A stretch of 63,129 bases of DNA, the filler included, from Reclinomonas americana ATCC 50394 (taxonomy: Eukaryota), in the NCBI GenBank assembly GCA_048213135.1. It is 13 parts of 13 records of this genome, joined end to end, with 100 filler letters (N's around TTAATTAATTAA, not from the genome) between each part and the next. Parts side by side here need not be neighbours in the genome. Positions count along the whole stretch, not along the records: positions 53,403 to 57,408 come from AFZH01018426.1; positions 57,509 to 63,129 come from AFZH01018428.1; 11 more parts are not named here. One strand, given 5' to 3'. Below the pieces are notes generated by a model, which was not told where the DNA came from, did no database searches, and saw only the letters and a program-made list of their open reading frames with translations. The translations under genes were made by a program, and so were the position numbers. How positions within the stretch are numbered: position 1 is the first letter of the stretch; each line of letters begins with the position of its first letter. Positions 54,329-63,129 of the stretch are shown one piece after another.

Positions 54329-55364
54329 ATGGAGCGCGAAGAGCTGCTTCCGCGGCACTTGTCGCGCGAGGACTACTGCCGACGAATGCGCATGCTGTTC
54401 AGTGTGCCGACGGTGGTGCACAGCGATGGAACCATCAATCAGGAATATCCTTTTGCCCCGCACACTCTTTGTGTGATCGTGCTTTGTGTGCATGTTCTCC
54501 TTCACTGCTTCTGTTGTCCCTCCAGCGCACATACTTCAAGCCGATTGTCGACGTGCGCATTCGACCGCGAGAGTGGGGCGATCGAGCAGAGGACCTCGCG
54601 CGTCTCGATGCCGGCTTGGTGGCGCACGGTGTCGGCGCCTGGGCCGAGATCATTCACGACTTTCTGCCGTTCTGGGTGCGGCCTTTGTGCGTGCATTCGT
54701 TGCATGTAAGAGGCCTCACACAATGGTGCAGGACGCGACTGAACTGGTGCACGGCACCGCCAAGGGCATGGGAGTGACGCCTACGTGCGTTCGACGATTC
54801 TGTCGCGGATGGAAGGGAACAGTGGTGCAACTGCGTGAGCGAGCGGAACGCGAGTTGTCGCAGCAGCAGCGGGAGGAGGAGGTGGTGTTGCCACCGCGAC
54901 CGCCCATTCCACCACCGCCGACATCGTTGGTCAACGTGATGGGTGCGAGTGCCCTTCACCAGCAACACGGAGTGCAGCCGAGTCGCGAGTCGACACCTCC
55001 GGCGCGACCAGCGGGGCAGCGGACGATTCAGTTCGCATCGACGACAACAACAACAACAACGACCACGACCACGACAACAAGCAAGTCGCCGCAGCCGCCA
55101 CTGTCAAAGCTCGGCGCCCCCGAAGTCGTCATTGTGGCGGACGACGACGACGATGCCACAGAGGAGGAGGTGGACGACGATGCAGACCGGCTTCCCGATC
55201 GCCCACCAGGCCTCACTGCGCGATACGCCGAAGACCTGCTGAGCTTCGGCAGCGACGATGAAGACGACGGAGGAAGAGGTGGCGGGGGCGGAGGCGGAGG
55301 AGGAGGTGGTGGTGTAACAGCCATGGACGACGACGACGACGATTTCGCGTGGGGAGGCGTGTGA
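54329..55364 (+). CDS. Myb/SANT-like domain protein with acidic tail
   Basis: DGTINQEYFKP...REWGDRAEDLARLDAGLVAHGVGAWAEIIHDFLPFW...GWKG shows Myb-type W..L..G...G.G.W..I spacing. Confidence 0.6.
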
Positions 55365-55385
55365 GTAAAGCACTTGACACAGCGT

Positions 55386-56074
55386 TCATTCCGTGTCCAT
55401 GCCCTCTTCGTCGTCGCCATCGCTGGACGACTCCATGGCCTCTGCTTCTGCGGCTGCTGTGACTGCAGCAGCAGCTGCGCCTGCTCCCGCCGGCATCACC
55501 ACGTGGTGCTCCGGGAGGATCATGTTGGGTATTGTGTCGCTGACACTGTATTCCATTCCGCACGCCTCGCATTGCAGGTATCCGTTCTCCAGCACCACCT
55601 GTGGGCGTCACACACAGAGAGTGAGAGAGGTGAGAGGCAAAGAGAGGCAAAGAGAGTGTGTGTGTATGCGAGGTCCCACCTCTTGCAGCAAGTGGTGCAG
55701 GGAAGCCAGCAAGCCTTGGTTGGTTTGTACATCGGCTGGTAGCTCTTCTGGAAGGTCCGTAATGCCCATCTGTGAGAAGGCAGTGTGGTGAGTGGTGTTG
55801 GTGATGTGAATGAGCACATGGCGCGCCCTCCCTCGCTGACCTGTGAGGCGGCCCTGAGCAGTGCAGGGTAGTCCAGCTTCGGCAGCATGCGGGCAATGAA
55901 CTCGGGCTTGGCTGGTGTCGGAACCTGCGTGTGTGTGTGTCAGTGAGTCAGCGTGTGTGTGTGTGCTTGTGTGCTGCTGCGCACACGCACCTCCTTGATG
56001 CTCTCTGGTACGATCTTCAGCGGGAATGCCTGGCACTTGAGGCAGGCCAGCATGTTGTGCGTGAGAAGCCTCAT
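55386..56074 (-). CDS. TRM112: Trm112 methyltransferase activator
   Basis: MRLLTHNMLAC..FPLKI, LPKLDYPAL, LHHLLQE, GYLQCEACGMEYSVSDTIPNMIL. Confidence 0.95.
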
Positions 56075-56347
56075 GGTCGTGGGTCGGTGATTGAAGGGAG
56101 TGCGGGACGAGTGGCTCAACGTCGAGAGTTGTCTTCTTCTTGTTGTTGCTCGCAAGGAGAGCACCAAGTACACAAGCTGTGCACTGTGTTGAGTAGGTGG
56201 TGCGAAGGAGAAATAAGCAACTCGCAGCAGAAAGATCGACGTTGACTGTCGTGTCCCCATTGTCTCTCTCACACACACCCTCTCGTCAAGTCGTCGTGCA
56301 CGCACAGCACCGTCTCCCTTGCTGCACACCACCGACGCATTCTCGAC

Positions 56348-57408
56348 ATGGCCGGTCAACCACGTGCGTTTCTCTCACGCTCTCCCCCACACACACATTG
56401 TCTCGCGCGCGCTCACATACTCTCTCACACATGCACACAGCGAAAGTAAACTTTGGAGTTGGTGGCACGGGCGCAGGCGCAAGCTTTGGTAAGCTCCTAT
56501 CTCTCCATGTCGCATTCCTTCTCTTTTCTCTCACTCGCTCATCCGCGACAGCTGGCAAAATGGCTTTGCCCGCTGGAAAGTTTGGTGCGCCTGCTGCTGG
56601 TGCAGGAGCTGGAGGCTTCAAGTTTGGAGCAGCAGCAGCAGCAGCAGCACCTGCAGCAGGTGCTGCTGCGGCGCCGGGCGCTCCTGCGGCGGCTGCAGGG
56701 CCACCCAAGTTTGGATTTGGAGGCAAGATCGGTGCACCGGCAGCACCTGCTGCAGGCGCACCGGCTGCAGGTGCCCCCGCTGCGGGTGGCAAGTTTGGGG
56801 GATTTGGTGGGTTTGGCAAGGTCGGCGCGCCTGCTGCGGGTGCTCCTGCTGCTGCCCCGGCTGCTGGCGCTCCTGCTGCAGCAGCACCAGCGGCACCAGC
56901 AGCTGCGGTAGCTGCGCAGCCGACCACCATTGGGGCGGGTGCGCCGAAGAAGTTTGGATTGGTGCGTCGACAACCAGCCTGCGATTGCGTGTGAGACATG
57001 GTTGAGATGCTGATGTCGTGTGACGTGCAGGGAGCACCGGCTGCGCCTGGAGGCCTCTCTCTGTCAATCAAGACTGCGGCACCGGCTGGGGGTGCGACTG
57101 CGGCAGCACCGGGCACCGCGGCCGCACCAGCCGCTGCAGGTGCTCCGGCTGCTGCTGCCACCACCACCACCACGGCCACCGCTGCAGCCGCGGCACCGGC
57201 TGCTGCTGGAGCCGGCACAGCTACTGCGGCCGCTGGCGGCGCCGGCATCAAGGCGTTCTCGGCGGCACCAGCTGCGGGAAGGTCAGTGTTGATGCGTGTT
57301 CTCCTTCTCTTTGTTGCCTTCGTGGAGACTCATCATTCGATTGCAGTACGGCGCCGGTGAAGAAGTCGTGGAGTTGCGTTGTCTTTTTTTCGCTATTGTC
57401 ATCAAGCG
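56348..57408 (+). CDS. FG-repeat nucleoporin N-terminal region (3' end lost in gap)
   Basis: Ala/Gly/Pro-rich spacers with NFG, KFG, FKFG, KFGFG, KFGGFGGFG repeats; specific Nup not identifiable. Confidence 0.6.
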
Positions 57409-58011
57409 NNNNNNNNNNNNNNNNNNNNNNNNNNNNNNNNNNNNNNNNNNNNTTAATTAATTAANNNNNNNNNNNNNNNNNNNNNNNNNNNNNNNNNNNN
57501 NNNNNNNNATGCGCGAAAGAACGCGAATAATGAGTGGGAAAATGCAGCCAATCAAACGAAATTGAAAGCCGGATCCTTTGAGTTGTGAGGTGCGTGGTGC
57601 CAGGGACAAGTGGCGGTGGTACGGAGCTCGGTGAGTGACAGCAATATGCAGCGCTGGAAGACAAGTGCTTTGCTTTCGGAATTGACGGAAACTGAACAAA
57701 TGCAATGTATCTCGGTTCCGCGAATATCGAGCTGAGGACCCCGTGCTGCGGTTCGAGCGTCAAGATTTGCAAAGGAGATTACCTCCTCTTCATGCATCCG
57801 AAACAACAATGTTCGTGTGAGTCAAGGAATAGCTGCATCACATGAACATGATCGAAATCGATATCGATCGATGCAGCTGCTTGCGAAGGAACGCCAGCCC
57901 CCTGGACAGCAAGCATCACCAGTCCAGCACTTGCAGCTACAGTGTCGTGTTATCGACAGCTTCATGGAGCTTCACAAATGCAGATATCGGAAAAACGATG
58001 TTGATGTATAT

Positions 58012-58063
58012 TCAAGACAGCTGTTGCTTGTTTGTTGGTGAATGAATTGTTGTTGTTGTTGTT
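58012..58063 (+). repeat. Dispersed 46-bp element, copy 2, with longer (GTT)n tail
   Basis: TCAAGACAGCTGTTGCTTGTTTGTTGGTGAATGAATTGTTGTTGTTGTTGTT. Confidence 0.9.
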
Positions 58064-58188
58064 GATATCGAAATGCTCGATGTCTTTCCCTGTTTCCCCT
58101 CCAAGTGATAAACAGTTCTTCTTAGTCTCTTTATGCTTAAAACATTTTCCTTCTCTGCTGCTGGCACTTCTCCTCTTCTAAAACCATC

Positions 58189-58824
58189 TTATCTGCACGA
58201 GCGCAAGAGGGCCAGGGCACGAGGCACATCGCAGTCAGCCTTACTCAGACAGACGTGCGCCAGTGTCGGCTCGAAGCCCAGGTCCAGCAGATGCTCAAAG
58301 GCATCGTCAAAGTTCATGCTGGCCGTGTGCACCAGCGAGCGATCCTCGTCGTCGTCGCCAATAAAGTTGTTGAGGTAGCCACCACGGCCACCGCAGCTGC
58401 TGCCGGCGCCGAAGCTGTGCCCGCTGTGGTTGGCCAAGGCGCAGCTGACCGACGAGTGGCGCCGCTGATGCTGCACATGTCCGTGTGCACAGCCGTGGTC
58501 GTTCCGCACCACTGCCTCGCGGTTGTCTTGCATGCTGTGATCCATGGCGGCGCGATACAGCAGGGACTGCGCGCACGACGATGCGGTGGCTGTGGTGACG
58601 GCGGGCGTCCAGGAGGGCGCCACCGACGAGCGTGCCGACAGCGGGCCGCCGAAATCGCCGCGTGCACTGCGCGGTGCAAAGGCATACAAGTCCCGATCGG
58701 TGCGTGGTGTGGCGTGGGCCGATCGTGAGTGCCGCTCGTCGCGTGGTCGGCGCCGACGATGCAGGGTCGAGCTGTACGTGGAACTCGCGCAGTCCACGTC
58801 GGTCAGCGTGTGATGGTGGTGACC

Positions 58825-58861
<37 letters not shown>

Positions 58862-59673
58862 ACCGGCACCTCGCGCTCCCGTCGTGAGCGGACCAGTGGC
58901 GGAACCATGACGAGTGGAGGGACCGGTACCACCTTCAAAGTGGCACCAGTCACCTGCGGCACCTCCTCCTCCTCGTCGTCGTCCAGACCGCTGTCTTCGT
59001 CCTCCTCATCATCGTCGTCCTCAGCATCGAAAGCGGTGCTCTCGGCGTCATTCGCGGTCACCGTTCCGACCGCCGATACTCCCTCGATCAGCTTGGACAG
59101 CTGCGTCGACAGCGACAGGAAGCCGAGGTGGGCCGCACGGTGCGATCGCAGTACAGGTCGCTTTTGCGCAGCGGCGACTGTGATGAAGAGATGAGAAATG
59201 AGGCCCTCGTCGTGCATGTGATCTCCAATCCACATGCACAGTACCTTGCTTCTTCTGCACACGAAAGGCGGGCCTTGTGCGTCCATCCATGATGCCCACA
59301 AAGTGCCTCCTCCACTGCTCCTCGTCTCCGATCACCACAAACTCGCTGCCGACCAGTCCACACTGTTGTAGTCAAGTCAGCGCACGACGTGAAGGAGAGA
59401 GAGCACTCGTCAAACGGTGCACGCAACAGCAATCTCCAGTGGCCACTCGTCACGCAGTCGGTCCCAGGGGCACGCCGCCGAGAGGGCCCGTCGCAACGCA
59501 ACAAGGCTCGCACAGTCTTCGGCCCGCAGACGCACACCGCACGAGACAGTGCATCGATCATCGTCGTCGTCCACCACCGCCACCTGAGCAAACACTACGC
59601 CTTGCCACATGCAAACTCGGATGCGTTCTCTTCTGCGTGCAGACAACTTTTGCTCCTTGTCTTCTCTCCTCAA
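58189..59673 (-). CDS. Protein with C-terminal UBA domain; 5' boundary uncertain
   Basis: FDDAFEHLLDLGFEPTLAHVCLSKADCDVPRALALL (UBA pattern); acidic and poly-Q low-complexity middle. Confidence 0.6.
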
Positions 59674-59969
59674 TCAGTTCGAAATGTGCAAATCGAGCAG
59701 TGCGGTCCACAATCGGACACTCGGTCCACAAAAAAGGGCCCGCACAGCCGGTGACGGCGCAGTGCGGGGCACTTTGCGACCATTTTCGACCCGCCTGTTT
59801 CCATGCATTTGCGGAGCGGAGACATTGCGATTGTAGGTCCACAGAGTCCCGGAAAACGCAAATAGGACCGCTGCGCAACGCTGTGCATGCTGTTGTCCAC
59901 GCTTGGCGCCCCCGTTATACACATATCGACGAGATTCATTGATTACGCTTGTGCTGCGAGGGGCGAGGA

Positions 59970-60926
59970 TCACTTGACGGGGAAGCGCCTGGCGCGTTGG
60001 AACGAGACGGCGCGCTTCTTCGACAACTCCTGCGTTGGATTCCGTGGTTCGCTGCACATCACCATCGCAGTCAGCGTCACTGCCCCCCTGTCTCACCGCC
60101 TTCCGCTGCCCTCACGCAACTAGGAGCCAGGACCTGGGTTCCGCACCGATGACGATTTCTCACGCAGCTCCGACTGCCCAAACGATGATGTCGCGTACCC
60201 TGTGCGCCATGCACTCGTGCTGATGAGCTCCAACAACAACAACGCATCGACACTTGCGGATCACGGAGAAACACACACACGCACCAAACTGCCAGCTGCG
60301 GGCTTCTCCGCGTGCGGTTCGTGCCGATATACAACTGTAGAACTGTTCCCTCGCCGTCAGCCCGCCCTTTGAGCTTGCTGCTCCTGCTGCTGTCTCACTG
60401 CCCCTCCCAGTCGCGGAGCGAGCAGAGTGTCGCGCACTGGTGGCGCGCGACGAGTTAACCGACGACAGATTCAGCGGCGGCAATGTGAGTGGTTTGGCCA
60501 CATCACGAGGCGCGGTGCCAAAGGTCGCCGCGGGTGTGCGTCGCACGCGTACATAGTCCGACCGTAGTGGCACCTCCTGCACTACCTCGGGTCGCGGCAC
60601 ACTGAATTCACTCTCCCGCAGTGTGTGCTGTGTGTGACGAACGAAAAGCCACCAACGCGTCGAGTCAGTGGTTTGCGCGCGCGCCTGTGTGTTCGCGGAA
60701 ACAGCACACACACACCTCCAGCAGTGGCTCGTCTTTGCGCGAGTCGGCCTTCCACCAGATCGGAGCGTCGCGCGGTGTGCGGAAGAAGGCTCGATCAACG
60801 ATCCTCTGTTAGTGTGTGTGTGCGTGTGAGGGAGAGAGTGCGTTGGGAAGACGAAGGAGCGTCGAGGCACTCAACTGCGTCGGTGAGTGGCCGGCTGTGC
60901 GGTGAGGTGACGGGTCTCACTGCCAT
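59970..60926 (-). CDS. STPG/ODF3-like (SHIPPO-repeat) axonemal protein
   Basis: PAATFGTAPR, SSFGQSELR..NPGPGS|YEP (motif joined across an intron from 60120), SFQRARRF; start at 60926 tentative. Confidence 0.6.
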
Positions 60927-61031
60927 TCGTCTCGGAAACAACACCAACGCGTGCCTTCATCGTCGGACACAGGACAGCTTTACCCATTTTCCCTCCTTCG
61001 TCACCCTCACCCCTCTCTAACGTAGAAGCCC

Positions 61032-62960
61032 TCATCGTCGCCGCGTGGCTCGCCGTGTTCGGCCCGCCACAGCCACCTGCACTGCCTGATTGATGTACAG
61101 CGGACCGCCATCACTGCCGCTGCCGCCTGCCGCCGCTCGACGTGTGGATCGTGGCGAGCTGCCGTTCTCGATCTCCTCCCGGCGTTGTCGCAGTCCCTGC
61201 GCAGTCGAAGATTGTGAGACGCCGTGCTCTCTCCCTTTTCGCACAGTAAACACATACCGCCACAATACGCGTCTCGTATTTCTTCAGACTGGCCTTCAGC
61301 TTGCGCTCCTGCACACCGCGTTCGTCGAGGAAGGCGATGAGACGCTCCACGTCGGTCTCGTTCGTGTAGTACGACCAGGGATTCGGGGCCGAGTTGCGTG
61401 CCTCGTGCGCGGCCGTCGCAGCCGCCGTAGCAGCTGCAATGGCCTCCTGCGACGCCACAACAGACACACCGGCCAGCATGTCGTCGCCGCCATCGCCCGT
61501 CTGTTCTCCCTGCTGCTGCTGTTGCTGCTGCTGTTCCTGCTCGCGCTTCTCCTGGTGCTGGTGCTGCAAGAGCTGCTGCTGCGTTAGCCTGCCGGCGGCG
61601 TGACGCACCACCACCAGCGGCAGCTCTTCGATCCGACCCTTCTCGTTCGACAGCTCGTGCTGCACCTTGGTGTCCTCCACCCACAACCGCTGCTCGTGCT
61701 CACTGGCCGTGAACAGGTAGTACTGGCGGTTGTGTCGATCGGCGCCCAGCGGAACAGTGCGCACTGCAAAGTCTGTCACCAGCTTCTCAAACTCTTGCTC
61801 CTGCGACGACGACGATTTCTTTGAGTCGATGAAAGATGATGATGCACGCTCTAGAATCAGCACGCAACTCTCCGCAGCAACTCCTTTTCCGTGTCGGCAA
61901 CAGCCTTGCGCTCGGCCGCCTCGATCTTAGCCAGTCGATTTTCTTCCCGCGACTCTGAGGCCTCCCTCTCCTGCTTCCGTCGCTCCAGTTCTTTCTGGCG
62001 GCGTCGGATCTCACTGCGGCTGACGCCGGCAGCGGCTCTGCATCATTAACACAGCGTGAGCAACCTATCAGCAGCGGAAAGGAGCACACAAAGGAGCTGG
62101 ACGCAACAGCGCGTCGACGTCAATCTCCTCGTCCATGTCCACTGCCACGTCGTCGGTCTTCGCGGCCGAAGCAGCCGCAGCGCCCTTGTTACCTCGCTTG
62201 TCGAGCAGCTTGATGATTTCCTCTGTCGAGAGGTGAGCGCCACGTGCCATCCCCGCCCGTCTCAAACACACACACGCACCCTTTTCTTTGCGCAGCGCCT
62301 CCAGCTGCTCACGCTTGTTGCGTGCATCGTCGCGGTCGCGCATCCACTTTTCCTTGTGCAGCTCGTTAATGTCGTTCATGTTGGCATCCACTTGTTCGCT
62401 GTGATACGCGTTGAGCAACATGCACGGCCGCCACCACTACGTGCACACACTTCACGCGGATACTCACCGCAAGAACTTGGCCTGCAGACCGCGATGGCAC
62501 AGCACAGCGAGAATGTCGAGTCGCTCGCGGACCGTCAGCGATGGGTAGCCCTTGAACTGCACAACGACATGCACCACGTCAACCACCGCGCCAGAGACGG
62601 GGAGAAGAGAAGGGCAATCATTCGACGCAACTCGTCGCAAGCGCAACACACCCATTGCGGTTCGCAGCTGTGCATGATAATCGTTGAGGGAAATCTGGCA
62701 AGGCACTCGGCCGATATCATCACCCCAACAGTCACCTGCACCGCGGTCTCCGGGCTCTGACGGCAAATGATCTTCAACAGCTTGTACAAGTGCTGCTGCC
62801 ATCGGTGCGGTTGCTGGCTGTGCTCCGACTTGAGCGGCTGCACCGTGAACTGCTCGTCCTGGATAATCACGTGGAGCAGTCGCATGTGCATCTGCACCAG
62901 CAGAGAGTGCGTATCGCCATCACCGAAACCATCGGCGAGACTCACAGCCTGCATCAGGAG
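61032..62960 (-). CDS. DDT-WHIM1-WHIM2/3 chromatin-remodelling subunit (ACF1/BAZ1A/Itc1-like), 3' part
   Basis: LLVQMHMRLLHVII (DDT end), GYPSLTVRERLDILAVLC (WHIM1), RTVPLGADRHNRQYYLF (WHIM2), WSYYTNETDVERLIAFLDERGVQERKLKASL (WHIM3). Confidence 0.85.
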
Positions 62961-62972
62961 TCAAAGGCATGC

Positions 62973-63129
<157 letters not shown>

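Overview
GC-rich, gene-dense eukaryotic DNA, most likely a flagellated protist (STPG/SHIPPO-repeat gene present); the species cannot be named from sequence alone. Genes are broken by many short GT-AG introns (~50-100 nt) plus a class of long, repeat-filled introns. Twelve artificial 100-bp gap linkers (N44-TTAATTAATTAA-N44) interrupt the window, but UTP20, RRP12, TEX10, an AAA gene and a TPR gene continue in the correct order across them, so the order looks like a real scaffold. About 25 protein-coding genes or fragments are present: S6PP-like HAD phosphatase, NOL6/UTP22, a ubiquitin-like-Ras-family GTPase fusion, isoaspartyl peptidase/asparaginase, UTP20, a TPR protein, SOUL heme-binding protein, AFG2-like AAA ATPase, RAB21, RRP12, TEX10/IPI1, a membrane-anchored LCAT/PLA2G15-family enzyme, a PHT1/PHO84-type phosphate transporter, a transmembrane lipase-TPR-array protein, UDP-glucose pyrophosphorylase, a Myb-like protein, TRM112, an FG nucleoporin, UBA, STPG and DDT-WHIM proteins. 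No rRNA, tRNA or CRISPR array was seen. Most notable: (1) a TM-lipase(GHSLG)-~20xTPR receptor-like protein; (2) five ribosome-biogenesis genes within 30 kb, including a head-to-head RRP12/TEX10 pair 75 bp apart; (3) the UBL-GTPase with non-canonical G1/G3 motifs; (4) a 46-bp dispersed element with a (TTG)n tail; (5) recurrent GTTGCG splice donors. All calls rest on motif recognition and manual splicing, not database searches.
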